From an uncultured archaeon (lineage in GTDB: Archaea; Asgardarchaeota; Thorarchaeia; Thorarchaeales; Thorarchaeaceae): DNA of 64,000 nucleotides. Position numbers and translations under genes: made by a program. The stretch is taken from assembly GCA_964610875.1 (NCBI GenBank), contig CAZSWP010000003.1, forward strand, positions 48,113-112,112. Direction: 5' to 3'. Shown here piece by piece: positions 21,048 to 31,047 of this stretch. Position 1 is the stretch's first letter; each line of letters starts with the position of its first letter. Below the pieces are notes generated by a model. That model was not told the origin of the DNA. It searched no databases and saw nothing but the letters and a program-made list of their open reading frames with translations.

Positions 21048-21867
21048 ATGCATCTAGTGTATTAGCAGACCTTCTAAGAAAAGTAGATTCTTGTTCTAAG
21101 TATTTCTTAATTCTGCTCAGGGCGTTTTTACTAATTTGCATGGAAAACGGTACTACTGCTTCTAAGAATGTCAATCCTTCTGCTGGCGCGGGTTCAATTC
21201 CACCCTTTAACACTTGTTTACCCTCTAAAATTTCGGAAACGCGTTTTGGAGGGAAACATTCTAATCCTATATCCAAAAGAATTGTAGCCATTTTACGGAC
21301 TAATTTCCAGAGAAAACTTGTGCCAATAATATCGAAAACCACAGTATTTGCATATTCACCAACCCAAGCATTAATGATTGTAGTTGAAGTTCGTCTATTT
21401 CCATCAGGTTTTGCTAGTGAAGAGAAGTCTTTCAATCCAATCAATTCACCTGATGCTATCTTCATATTTTTGATTAAAAGGGCGGACAGAGGTAAATCAA
21501 AGTGATATCGATAATGTCTGAAAATTACATCATATCTTGGATTGAATTTTTCAGGCACTTGTCTATATGCCCATAAAACTATATCATCAGGAAGGTATTT
21601 GTTTAGTTTATCAATACGGAGCGATTGTTCAGTACTAAATTTGACTAATTGACCCAAGCTATGGACTCCACGGTCTGTACGACCAGATAAGATGATGTCC
21701 TCAAGCTTGTATATTTTTTTGCTCCATGAAGATAGGGCTTTGATTAATTCTCCTTGGACTGTTTTCACATTGGGTTGCCATTGTGAGCCATGATAGTTTG
21801 TGCCCATGTAAAAAAGCCTACATAAGTAGGTCCGCAAATATTCATCACCTCTAACTAAGACTCCCAC
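21022..21867 (-). CDS. truA: tRNA pseudouridine(38-40) synthase
   Basis: YHGSQWQP, SGRTDRGVH, SFLWKLVR, APAEGL. Confidence 0.92.
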   Translation of the reverse strand: MGVLVRGDEYLRTYLCRLFYMGTNYHGSQWQPNVKTVQGELIKALSSWSKKIYKLEDIILSGRTDRGVHSLGQLVKFSTEQSLRIDKLNKYLPDDIVLWAYRQVPEKFNPRYDVIFRHYRYHFDLPLSALLIKNMKIASGELIGLKDFSSLAKPDGNRRTSTTIINAWVGEYANTVVFDIIGTSFLWKLVRKMATILLDIGLECFPPKRVSEILEGKQVLKGGIEPAPAEGLTFLEAVVPFSMQISKNALSRIKKYLEQESTFLRRSANTLDASNVFLSSY

Positions 21868-22139
21868 AAATCTATGAAGTTCTTTAGCGAGCGAGCTCTC
21901 AAGTCTTCGCCCCGATAGCGGTAAATCTTGATTCTGCCAAACACTTTTTCTTCCACCAGTCCAGATGCGATTAGAACATCAAGATGCGACCTTGTAGTAC
22001 TATGATTGAGTTTCACTCTTCTACAAAGCTCTGATATATTGACTTCTTCTGCTTTCGCTAAAAATTTTATAATTTTGACCCTACCCCTTGATGAGAATAG
22101 TTCTTCAATTGGAATTCGTGATTGTTCTTCAGATCTCAT
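21855..22139 (-). CDS. ArsR-like winged-helix protein downstream of cdc6
   Basis: LFSSRGRVKII...NISELCRR...HLDVL...GRIKIY. Confidence 0.8.
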   Translation of the reverse strand: MRSEEQSRIPIEELFSSRGRVKIIKFLAKAEEVNISELCRRVKLNHSTTRSHLDVLIASGLVEEKVFGRIKIYRYRGEDLRARSLKNFIDLWES

Positions 22140-22143
22140 TTTC

Positions 22144-23346
22144 TCATAACCTTCTAGAAATCAAATCAATGAGGAGTTGTTCAAGCAAATCTACTGGGAC
22201 TTCTGACAGTCCAATCATGGTTGTTTGCCCTCTTTGGCCAACTCCGGATTTCTTTGTACTAATAACACCATGAGCAGAAAGATCTTGAACCCACTCCCAT
22301 ACTTGTGTATGAGCCCTTGGTTCCTTTTGATACTCTTCACAAATGCTATTGTACATGTCCTCAACTTCACCGATGGTGACATATGCACTTCTTACCTCTT
22401 TCAGTCGTCTTGCAGCTGCAAGGAGAAGGAGCTTGTTATGTAGTGGAAGAGTCTGGAATACTTCTTTACGTAACTCTGGATGTGTATCAGCTTTTGCCTT
22501 TCTTACATAGTCGGGAATGATTTTGTTAGAAACGAGTGAGTCAGCTTGTTTTCCCGCACGCCATAGAAGTTCGATGGCATAACGAGCATCGCCGCGAGAT
22601 GATGCGATTTCACAGATTAATTGTAGAGCTTCGTCCATAACTGTCTTTTCCTCAAATGCCATCTTAATACGTTCAGAGAGGATATCATAAAGTTGGTCGG
22701 AGGTGTATTTTGTAAAGCTGAGAATATTTCGTTGGAGAGTACTAAGTGTACTCGGATCGAAAATCGATTCATCAAGAGGGATTCTACGCCCCACACCAAT
22801 TACTGACAATCGCTGTACCGCATTAAGACGGTCATCCATTAGCCGCGTCAAGTTATATAGAATATCTCCACCTTTCTGTTTAATGAAATAATCAAGCTCA
22901 TCAAGAATTAGTAACAGATAGCAGTCTTCTTCATCCAGAACTTCAATTAACATTTGAAGTAGTTCTTCTGGCGAATGGCCTCTTCTTGGAAAATCAGGTC
23001 TAAATTCTTTCAACATTTTGAGGTAGACTAGATAAGTGCTCTTATTCACTCTGCAGTTGATATGTAACTTTTGAAGGTTGATTTCACGTCTTGATGCCGC
23101 TTTTACCATTTGTTCAGCAAATCGTTTTGTGACGGCGGTCTTTCCAGTACCAACTGGTCCCTCAATTATGAACTTTTGGCTTGTTTCGCCTGGAGAAGTG
23201 ATTAGAGTCTTGAAACTCTGTGCCAGTGTCCGCAGTTCCTTTTCTCTATGAGGGAGAGATTCAGGTACATAATCAATTGATAGATATTGTTCTGATTTGA
23301 AAACGCTATTTCGACTCAGCTCATCTTCAACAAAGTCTCGAAACAT
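22144..23346 (-). CDS. cdc6: Orc1/Cdc6 replication initiator
   Basis: YVPESLPHRE, GPVGTGKT, INCR, LDELD, GDARYAIELL, C-terminal wH. Start moved to ATG 23346. Confidence 0.95.
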   Translation of the reverse strand: MFRDFVEDELSRNSVFKSEQYLSIDYVPESLPHREKELRTLAQSFKTLITSPGETSQKFIIEGPVGTGKTAVTKRFAEQMVKAASRREINLQKLHINCRVNKSTYLVYLKMLKEFRPDFPRRGHSPEELLQMLIEVLDEEDCYLLLILDELDYFIKQKGGDILYNLTRLMDDRLNAVQRLSVIGVGRRIPLDESIFDPSTLSTLQRNILSFTKYTSDQLYDILSERIKMAFEEKTVMDEALQLICEIASSRGDARYAIELLWRAGKQADSLVSNKIIPDYVRKAKADTHPELRKEVFQTLPLHNKLLLLAAARRLKEVRSAYVTIGEVEDMYNSICEEYQKEPRAHTQVWEWVQDLSAHGVISTKKSGVGQRGQTTMIGLSEVPVDLLEQLLIDLISRRL

Positions 23347-23555
23347 GTTAGTCGAGAGAGAGAATAATCTACGACTTAAAAGACTTACGAGATTGTACAT
23401 TTGAAAGAACAGCAATATAGGAGCTTGCCGAAAGTAATAGTGACGAGCTCATAACTCAAGATCCATATCATTGTCCAGAAGGACTCATCGGGGTCATTGT
23501 AGTCATTGCTCGTCATAAATATGAAACAATTATGTGCTTAAATCTGTTTAATTTG

Positions 23556-23651
23556 TGGTGCGGCCGCCGGGATTTGAATTCCCGCGGTATTAACCGTCTC
23601 GGGTTGGAAGCTTGGGAGGCTTCCGTCCTGACCATGCTAGACTACGGCCGC
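23556..23651 (-). tRNA. tRNA-Gly(CCC) with 19-nt non-canonical intron at 53/54 (23579-23597), CCA encoded
   Basis: GCGGCCGTAGTCTAGC...GAAGC CT CCC AA GCTTC...CCGAG[intron]TTCAAATCCCGG CGGCCGC A CCA. A BHB motif can be drawn. Confidence 0.88.
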
Positions 23652-23767
23652 TTAACATCGCGAAAGTTTTGATTGATAAAAGACTATCGGACCTTTATCT
23701 GTCATATATACCAATCTCAAATTTTATCTTTAGGATTGAGTCGAGTCATTTGGCGAGTGTTCAAAGA

Positions 23768-24898
23768 ATGATATATAATCAAGAGATTCATTTCTGGCAA
23801 GGTAATCAAGCATGTGCACGGGGTGCTATTGCTGCAGGTTGTAGGTTTTTTGCAGGATATCCAATTACTCCCGCATCTGAGATTGCTGAGATAATGGCTG
23901 AACATTTGCCAAAGGTGGGTGGTACATATCTTCAGATGGAAGATGAGATTGCTGCAATCTCGGCCGTGATTGGAGCATCATGGGGAGGTAATTTATCAAT
24001 GACCGCAACGTCAGGACCTGGTTTTAGTTTGATGCAAGAAAATATTGGTTATGCAATAATGACTGAAACACCATGTGTCATAGTTGATGTTCAAAGGGCA
24101 GGTCCAAGTACGGGTCAAGCAACAAAAGCAGCACAAGGAGATTTTCAGCAGGCCCGTTGGGGTACTCATGGCGATCATGAGAGTGTTGTAATTTGTCCGA
24201 ATTCTGCACAAGAATCATACGAGTTGGCCATTCGTGCATTTCAAATTTCTGAGATGCTCAGGCACCCTGTCATTATATTGTCTGACGAGATTATTGCACA
24301 TTCTCGAGAACGGGTAGTCGTAGACAATATGAAGGATCACCGAGTTGAAAGAGTAAATGCAAAAAAAGGAGATCTTCACTATGGAGGAGTTAACTCGGAT
24401 GGAAGAGCAATTATGCCAAGATTTGGAGATGGTCATGATCTTTTGATTACTGGTTCCACACACAATTTACAGGGATATAGAAAAACCTCAGATCCCAAAA
24501 CTCATGATGCCCTAATTCGTCGATTATCAAAAAAGATAACTGATGCCAAAGATATTCTTACTGACATTGAGATAACTGGTCCGAATGAAGCTGAATGGGG
24601 AGTGATTTCTTTTGGAAGTGTATCACGGTCAGTCAATGAACTGATGATGGAAACCCATGCGAACCCAAATATCAAGTCGCTCAGGCTGAGAACAGTTTGG
24701 CCATTTCCAGATAGTGAGGTCAAGTCCTTTTCCGAATCGGTAGAAAGATTATTGGTTCCGGAGCTCAACCTTGGGCAGCTGGTTAATGAAGTGTTTCGTG
24801 TCGTTTCAGATTCAGTAGAAGTTGTCCCATTGAACAAAATAGGGGGAGGACTGCTAATTGAACCTGATGAGATGCTTGATGTACTAACCAAGTCCTGA
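23768..24898 (+). CDS. korA: 2-oxoacid:ferredoxin oxidoreductase alpha subunit
   Basis: QGNQACA, FAGYPITP, QMEDE, ATSGPGFSLMQE, QRAGPSTG, ELNLGQL. Start moved downstream of the tRNA. Confidence 0.92.
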   Translation: MIYNQEIHFWQGNQACARGAIAAGCRFFAGYPITPASEIAEIMAEHLPKVGGTYLQMEDEIAAISAVIGASWGGNLSMTATSGPGFSLMQENIGYAIMTETPCVIVDVQRAGPSTGQATKAAQGDFQQARWGTHGDHESVVICPNSAQESYELAIRAFQISEMLRHPVIILSDEIIAHSRERVVVDNMKDHRVERVNAKKGDLHYGGVNSDGRAIMPRFGDGHDLLITGSTHNLQGYRKTSDPKTHDALIRRLSKKITDAKDILTDIEITGPNEAEWGVISFGSVSRSVNELMMETHANPNIKSLRLRTVWPFPDSEVKSFSESVERLLVPELNLGQLVNEVFRVVSDSVEVVPLNKIGGGLLIEPDEMLDVLTKS

Positions 24899-27180
24899 GA
24901 GTCACTATATTCTGTGGTTGGGATGATTGTACCACCAAGTGTGGTTTCTATTGTTACGTTCATAGATGTTCTAATCCAAATAATAGTGATGATTGCCAGT
25001 TCAAGTGATTCAACTCCCGATGCTTTAACATTAAGGGTTAGATTATGAAGTCCAGGGGTTACTATTGACGAGAGCGGTAATACAATTGATTGGTTTAGCT
25101 CTAAATTATATCCCGTTGATATTGGAGTGTGATATTCATCTAGGAGGGTGATGTTTGCTTCTTGGATTGAGACGCCTTGGTCATTAAGTAAATTCATTGT
25201 TATGTTGATTGATTCTGAGAAGAATGCAATGGTATCTATTATCTCAGCATAACCATGAGATATCACATTGACTTCAAAACTTGTTATGTTTTGGATTAAA
25301 TAATATGAATTTGATATTGATATATTTATAATATGGATACCCAGACTGGTTTCTAACGGCAATGGAATTGTAATTTGAGTGGTTGTATTTTGAGTTATTA
25401 TCACGGAGTTTTTGAATTCCTGATTCATGTCTGTAAATGAAATATTTAATGTGTCACCAATTCTTGGAGAGTCCATTCTAATTATTATGGTATTTGTATC
25501 ATTTCTAAGAAAGATAGCATCAGTTTGTTCAATTGTCACATATAATGGACAATTAATGTCCACTTGGAACTTTATATCTGTTTGAGCAATATAGTAACTG
25601 ATATTTTGCAGAATTACTAGAGTAAAGTTTTGTGGTCCTAGTTGGGAATGCGCTGGTATGTACCAAGTCAGTATAATATTTCCCAAGCTATTTGTATGTC
25701 CTTGAAAAATAATGTCATTGGTATTATTCATCACATACATCAATTGGTTACTAACAGGGTCGCCTAAAGGAGATGTTAACTCTACTAGTAATTTTATATC
25801 AGAATCAATTAGAGAATCTTGTAGTAGTTCTGAATCTATTATCGGGTGAAAGAGAATAGGTAGGGTTTCGCTCTGGGACGCGTTACTATGAAAGGTAGAG
25901 GATGCAACGAAAACGAAAACTTCGGAGTCGCCCCACGAATATGCGGGTATATCAAAATTATACGATGCGTAACCAGACTGGTTAGTTACCGTATTTCCAT
26001 CCATAAAGGTACCATTAATTTCTAGTGTAATATTCACTTGCAACAATTCAAGAAAGCTATTTGAAGCGGAGTCTGTAATTTGAACATCAATGTTTGATGC
26101 CGTTCCGGCGACTAGATACGATGTTTTGATATAAATATCCATATCCCGCTTAAGAACGGTTACTTTGATGCTGGTGATGGCATTCTGAAAAAGTTCTTTT
26201 CTAGCTGTGAGGTTGACTTGATATTCACCTGGTTCACAGTTGAACGGTATATCTACTTCATATATACCCGATTCAATAAATGACATATTTCCAGATCCAA
26301 AGGAGGTAGCCCATTCAATATATCCACCATTAAGAGGAGCCCCATTTCCATCTAGATGCTGGGCAGTAATTGTAACATTATTTGGATGTAAACCTAATGA
26401 TACAGGTCCATAAACTGAGCTATCATAGTCCAATATTTCAACCGTTGCAGTTGCCGCTTCAACTATGAAATCAAAACTACTTTGAGATGGTAAGAATGCA
26501 GTTGTTCCATTTGAAGTGAGGGTGAGATTATATGTTCCTGGTTTTGTATCCGTCATGTTCCAAAAAAGAAGGACATCACCCTCTAAATTTGTAATTGACT
26601 CGTTCGTCATAATAGCAGAGTAATTAGAGTCTTGAATTATCAGTGAAATATTTTCTTGTGCATATGTAATGCTTGCATTATTTGAACATACTATATTGAA
26701 TCCAAGGGTTGCATTATTCCCATATTCAACCGACAAGTTTGTGATTGGAGAGATTGTTAGAGGGCTTCTTGTTATATTGACCTCAATTGTTTCGGAGTAT
26801 GTTTCTGAGTAAGTGTCATAGATTTCAGCATTGAATATAACATAAGCAGTTTCAATTCCATCACTAGGTGATGTTTCATTGGGAAGAATGAGATACGTTG
26901 AAGTTATTTCTTGAGACGTTTCTGAGGGAGCAATTGAGTATGTTTCATGATGGACCGTTCCAACATCAGTGACTATTGTGAAAGAAGCATTGCACCATCC
27001 CCCTTCTTCATAATCTGCAAGAATACTTGCAACCATATCAATTGTTTCTCCTACTTCATATACAAACTGATCAGTTTCAAAATAATAGACATTAAAATCA
27101 AAGGCCTTTACAGGTGTGATTAAGCAGAATAATGTAACACTAAGAGAGAATACTGCCAGTAATGTAATACGTTGGCGCAA
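24502..27180 (-). CDS. large secreted/cell-surface protein with Ig-like beta repeats; 3' end overlaps korA antisense
   Basis: Signal peptide (..PVKA), beta-rich repeats, many N-x-S/T sequons, S/T-rich tail. Confidence 0.75.
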   Translation of the reverse strand: MRQRITLLAVFSLSVTLFCLITPVKAFDFNVYYFETDQFVYEVGETIDMVASILADYEEGGWCNASFTIVTDVGTVHHETYSIAPSETSQEITSTYLILPNETSPSDGIETAYVIFNAEIYDTYSETYSETIEVNITRSPLTISPITNLSVEYGNNATLGFNIVCSNNASITYAQENISLIIQDSNYSAIMTNESITNLEGDVLLFWNMTDTKPGTYNLTLTSNGTTAFLPSQSSFDFIVEAATATVEILDYDSSVYGPVSLGLHPNNVTITAQHLDGNGAPLNGGYIEWATSFGSGNMSFIESGIYEVDIPFNCEPGEYQVNLTARKELFQNAITSIKVTVLKRDMDIYIKTSYLVAGTASNIDVQITDSASNSFLELLQVNITLEINGTFMDGNTVTNQSGYASYNFDIPAYSWGDSEVFVFVASSTFHSNASQSETLPILFHPIIDSELLQDSLIDSDIKLLVELTSPLGDPVSNQLMYVMNNTNDIIFQGHTNSLGNIILTWYIPAHSQLGPQNFTLVILQNISYYIAQTDIKFQVDINCPLYVTIEQTDAIFLRNDTNTIIIRMDSPRIGDTLNISFTDMNQEFKNSVIITQNTTTQITIPLPLETSLGIHIINISISNSYYLIQNITSFEVNVISHGYAEIIDTIAFFSESINITMNLLNDQGVSIQEANITLLDEYHTPISTGYNLELNQSIVLPLSSIVTPGLHNLTLNVKASGVESLELAIITIIWIRTSMNVTIETTLGGTIIPTTEYSDSQDLVSTSSISSGSISSPPPILFNGTTSTESETTRNTSLTSCPRLSSGTNNLSTDSEKDLTSLSGNGQTVLSLSDLIFGFAWVSIISSLTDRDTLPKEITPHSASFGPVISMSVRISLASVIFFDNRRIRAS

Positions 27181-27301
27181 TCAATCCACCACTAAGAGGT
27201 AAGTATTATCCCTAAAAAACTACACAAGAATATAGCGACAGGTTTAATTCAAATTGTTTTGAGCCTCAACTAGATGTCAGAGTTTTGGAGAATGATAATT
27301 T

Positions 27302-27667
27302 ATGACAGTCAGAATAAAAGGTGTGAAAATCAATTCAATAGATGAAACTGAAACTAAACGTCTGAAACTTATAAAAATTGAGTCAAAAGATGATGGTATA
27401 TCAATGCTTTTGGAATTGCCGGATGTACTTTGTGAGATGTTCAAGGTCAAAGATGAAGTTGATGTTGTAATAGACTCTGATGAAATAACCAAAGGTGAAA
27501 AAGCCAGATTCTACGCAGAAGGCAGTCTGTTCAAAATGAACGAGGAGAAAGGACTGGAAGTGGTAGGAACAATTGGTGGATTAAAACTTATACTTAACAT
27601 TGCGGATCCAAAGCCTTCACAGAAGAAAACATTCGATGAAGAAAAATTCTTCATTATGGTAACATAG
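27302..27667 (+). CDS. rpo8: RNA polymerase subunit Rpo8 (RpoG/Rpb8 homologue)
   Basis: 121 aa OB-fold-like protein with the TIGGL(K)L motif matching Rpb8 S(F/Y)GGLLM. Confidence 0.65.
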   Translation: MTVRIKGVKINSIDETETKRLKLIKIESKDDGISMLLELPDVLCEMFKVKDEVDVVIDSDEITKGEKARFYAEGSLFKMNEEKGLEVVGTIGGLKLILNIADPKPSQKKTFDEEKFFIMVT

Positions 27668-27821
27668 TATGAGATTACTTTCGGGCATCCCCCTATCTGG
27701 GTAGGACATTTCAGTTCGTGTGATTACATATCATGTACGATTAATCGTATTGATTCAGAGGTCTTTAGTACAAACTACTGCTGAAACGTAGTTAGGGAAT
27801 AACTACACCTAGAGTAGATGG

Positions 27822-28853
27822 GTGTGGTCATTGGTCGAAACATTAGCTAATTCAGCTTGTCATTCCGAAAGAGCGTGTCCGGAATGTTCAGGTAGTATTG
27901 TAACAAGTAACGGACATCTTGTCTGTTCTGAGTGCGGTACAGTGATTTCTAGAGAGTTTGTATTGCCAACCTATCAGATGGGTGAAACTCAGGGACATGA
28001 TACTCCTGATGCAACTGTATATGGTTCCTTGGGAAATCGTATGCATATTGTTGATGGTCTAGGTAGTTACATAGGATATCATAAAGACAGGTATTTTCGA
28101 GATGCACAAGGTCAATCGCTCTCTGGAAGATTACAGAAAAGATATAGACGGCTTAAAATGGTCTACAGTGCACGAGTTAGGATAGGAAAAGATGAAGCAA
28201 AATATCGAGCTTTAAGGACTTTGAATCATGTTTCAAAACTTCTCATGCTAAATGAACAGGTACGCGATAGAACTGCATATCTTTACAAAAAGATAGTCTC
28301 TGAAACATCAAAAGTTAGTAACAATATCCTTTTGATAGCCGTGTGTCTTCTTATGGCGGTAAGAGAATTTAAGGAGAGTGCGCCCATTACTCTTGATGAG
28401 ATTGCTGAGGTCTTTGAAAAGTGTGGGCACCGAGTTAGCGTGCGGTCCATGGTAAGAGAAGCGCTGCGTCTTAGAACGGAAACCGGTTATTCTCCTACAA
28501 TTCGAAAACCTGTTGATTATGTACCCAGAGTAATTTCAATGCTTCTAAACGATTCTAAAGTGGTGAGAAAAGTTGTTTCAAGAGGATGGGATACTGGCAG
28601 TTATGAGAGCTTGTTGAGGGAGAAGGTCATTTCAATACTTGAGGAAATTCCTGCATCAAAGCGTGGTGGTAGAAATCCGTTTATCTTTACAGTTTCTGCA
28701 GCTTATGCAAGTGATCGTATTATTGCAAATGAGTATGGCAGAAAAACAGTCCTTACTCAGAAATTAGCTTCTAATGCAACGGATGTTGCAGAGTATAGTA
28801 TTAGAGACCATTTTGGTATGATTAAGACTATCATAGAAGCTATAGAGAATTAA
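27822..28853 (+). CDS. divergent TFB/TFIIB-family protein
   Basis: CPECSG...CSECGTV Zn ribbon, GLGSYIG, two cyclin-like repeats, TQKLAS...VAEYSIR. Confidence 0.8.
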   Translation: MWSLVETLANSACHSERACPECSGSIVTSNGHLVCSECGTVISREFVLPTYQMGETQGHDTPDATVYGSLGNRMHIVDGLGSYIGYHKDRYFRDAQGQSLSGRLQKRYRRLKMVYSARVRIGKDEAKYRALRTLNHVSKLLMLNEQVRDRTAYLYKKIVSETSKVSNNILLIAVCLLMAVREFKESAPITLDEIAEVFEKCGHRVSVRSMVREALRLRTETGYSPTIRKPVDYVPRVISMLLNDSKVVRKVVSRGWDTGSYESLLREKVISILEEIPASKRGGRNPFIFTVSAAYASDRIIANEYGRKTVLTQKLASNATDVAEYSIRDHFGMIKTIIEAIEN

Positions 28854-28878
28854 CATGACAAAAAATAAGGTGTCCTAA

Positions 28879-30570
28879 TTGAGAACGTTTCCCCGAATCG
28901 ACGCTATATATTGTCATGAAGAAAGATGTGGAAAATGTGAGAACGCACGCCCTCATTTCTCATGTACTCGGATATCATCTTTCGATAAGACAAAACAAAT
29001 ACCTATTGTGCTGTTGGAAAAAGGAAAAAGACAATTACACTTCTGGTGGGAGTCTAGAAGAGCCCCATCTGGGCCACCTTGGTATTCAGATGGGTGGGAC
29101 TCATTGTATATTGCAGATGATAATTTAATCAATACTATAGAGCGTATCATAGGTATAAGGGATACAGGTGCCTTTGTATCAATATACTATCGTCAAGACA
29201 AAAGGATTAGAGTGAATTCATATCCATTTGTCAGGTCCGCTATTGAATATGACCTTCTTAGCCAAATGATAAGAAAAAGGTGGGATGGTCAAGAGTGGTC
29301 AGTAAAACGGTTAAACCTTTCAGAACGTATTGATAAAATTGCAAAGGTAGTGGCTGACAATCTGTTCGAAAATATACCTGAAATGAAAACAAAAACACGA
29401 GATAAACTTGCAGAAATAGTGTCACATCATTCCACTGTTCTGTGTTCATTGATGCCATATGTTCTTGATGATTGTGTTGAAGAGATATTCATGGATATGC
29501 CTGGAAGAGAGATTTATTTTGATCATAGTCATTTTGGGCGTGTTTTTACCTCAGTACGATTTAGCGATAATCAATCGCGAAAGCTTGTCACTATGCTTCG
29601 AAGAGAGAGTAATCTGCATCTTGATAGACGAAATCCATCTCTGAAAGCGGATATTACAATATTAGGTATTCCACTCAGATTTTCAGTAACTATCGATCCA
29701 TTAGCTGCTGATGGTATGAGTTTTGAGATACGAAAAGCTCGTAGGAGTCCATTTGACATCCCAAGCTTGATTAGAAATGAAACGATTTCATCTGAGATTG
29801 CAGCTCTATTATTGTTAGCGATAAATCTGAGGATGAATATTACCATAACTGGTCGTCCTGGGACGGGTAAGACTACACTTCTCAATGCTCTTGATATCTC
29901 AACTCCCGAAATATGGAGAAAAGTGTACATTGAAGATATAGTGGAGAGTAGATTGTATGAAAAACATAATCAAATTCGATTTAGTGTCAGTCCGTTAGAT
30001 GAGAGCTTTGGAAAAGAAGACAAGTCTACTGAGATATTGAAAACTCTTCATAGATCACCGGATTATCTGATAATGGGGGAAATTCAGACATCTGAACATA
30101 GCAGGGCTCTTTTTCAAGCGATAGCGGCTGGTCTTCCCTCTATTCAAACTTGTCATGCAGATTCGGCTTCTTCATTATTAGCACGGTGGAAATACAATCA
30201 TGATATTGATGATGTTAGTATCGCATTGATGGATGTTATCATAACAATGGATAGGCCTGTACCTGGTGAATCAAAGAGGCAGATAAGTGAAATAGTTGAA
30301 ATACGAAGAAGACTAAAGGACGGAATACTCCATTTTGGAGGACTCCATACCATTTACTCTGGTGCGGATCTAAGTAATGAGATTAGTTTCAGTAAAGATG
30401 GTGCTTTTCAAAGTATTGTTAGCAAAAGGCATAACTATGAGTGGGATTTGGTTCTGGAAAGATTAACATTACTAATTGAAGATTCTAAGGCAGAGGGTTT
30501 TACTGACTTTGATGAAATTTCTTCTAGACTTTGGGAGAATGGGGATCCCCTGCTCTTTGCCTATAAGTAA
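28879..30570 (+). CDS. secretion/pilus ATPase, VirB11/TadA/FlaI family
   Basis: VEEIFMD, EIRK, GRPGTGKTTLLNAL, IEDIVE, LHRSPDYLIMGEI, TCHA. Confidence 0.9.
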   Translation: MRTFPRIDAIYCHEERCGKCENARPHFSCTRISSFDKTKQIPIVLLEKGKRQLHFWWESRRAPSGPPWYSDGWDSLYIADDNLINTIERIIGIRDTGAFVSIYYRQDKRIRVNSYPFVRSAIEYDLLSQMIRKRWDGQEWSVKRLNLSERIDKIAKVVADNLFENIPEMKTKTRDKLAEIVSHHSTVLCSLMPYVLDDCVEEIFMDMPGREIYFDHSHFGRVFTSVRFSDNQSRKLVTMLRRESNLHLDRRNPSLKADITILGIPLRFSVTIDPLAADGMSFEIRKARRSPFDIPSLIRNETISSEIAALLLLAINLRMNITITGRPGTGKTTLLNALDISTPEIWRKVYIEDIVESRLYEKHNQIRFSVSPLDESFGKEDKSTEILKTLHRSPDYLIMGEIQTSEHSRALFQAIAAGLPSIQTCHADSASSLLARWKYNHDIDDVSIALMDVIITMDRPVPGESKRQISEIVEIRRRLKDGILHFGGLHTIYSGADLSNEISFSKDGAFQSIVSKRHNYEWDLVLERLTLLIEDSKAEGFTDFDEISSRLWENGDPLLFAYK

Positions 30571-30634
30571 TTGCAACTCCTATCTATTGGTGTTTAAATA
30601 GAGTCTAGGGAATTCATTATTGAGGAATATACTA

Positions 30635-30838
30635 ATGCGACCATCTCGAGATATACTGGATGATGATACTGCAGGTCCACTTGTTGAGGAGAGTCTGCTT
30701 CTTGGTCTTGCAGTTGTTACTATTTCAATAGTAATAGCTGTAATACTTCAAGCTACAGGATGGGCACAAGATATTGTTACCAACCTGCTTCAGTTACTTG
30801 AGGAGAGTTGGGATGGTTTGAATAATCTATTACCGTGA
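30635..30838 (+). CDS. small pilin-like membrane protein (class III signal-like)
   Basis: DDTAG-PLVEESLLLGLAVVTISIVIAVI. Lies directly after the pilus ATPase. Confidence 0.55.
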   Translation: MRPSRDILDDDTAGPLVEESLLLGLAVVTISIVIAVILQATGWAQDIVTNLLQLLEESWDGLNNLLP

Positions 30839-30930
30839 TGCTTTGGTTAGAATTTCTGTTTTCATATTATGGGGAAAGCCTTATTTGTTGATGTTAGCCA
30901 GCACGATTCGCTCCGAGCTGGAACCTTAAA

Positions 30931-31038
30931 GCTCCGGTAGATATGCTACTGGTTTAGTAGTATAACCGCCTGTAGTCCGGCCCAGCATGAGGGACTCTCG
31001 ATCCCTCGACCCGGGTTCGAATCCCGGCCGGAGCACCA
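30931..31038 (+). tRNA. tRNA-Glu(CTC) with 30-nt non-canonical intron at 10/11 (30941-30970), CCA encoded
   Basis: GCTCCGGTAG[intron]TGTAGTCCGGCC...AGGGA CT CTC GA TCCCT...GGTTCGAATCCC...CCGGAGC A CCA. Clean BHB (CGGT/ACCG). Confidence 0.9.
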
Positions 31039-31047
31039 ATGAACTAT

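Noticed and set aside
23385-23516. About 43-codon - strand ORF and a weak ORB-like TCCAGAAGGACTCATCGGGG upstream of cdc6
   Set aside because: The ORF is short with no motif; the ORB match is poor and unpaired.
23612-23767. N-terminal extension of the korA ORF
   Set aside because: Overlaps tRNA-Gly and its promoter; homology begins near 23768.
30910-30934. Duplicate GCTCCG upstream of tRNA-Glu as a possible second intron in the acceptor stem
   Set aside because: No valid BHB could be drawn, and the tRNA is complete from 30931.
27822-31038. Integrated element ending at tRNA-Glu
   Set aside because: No integrase and no duplicated tRNA 3' end (att site) seen in the window.
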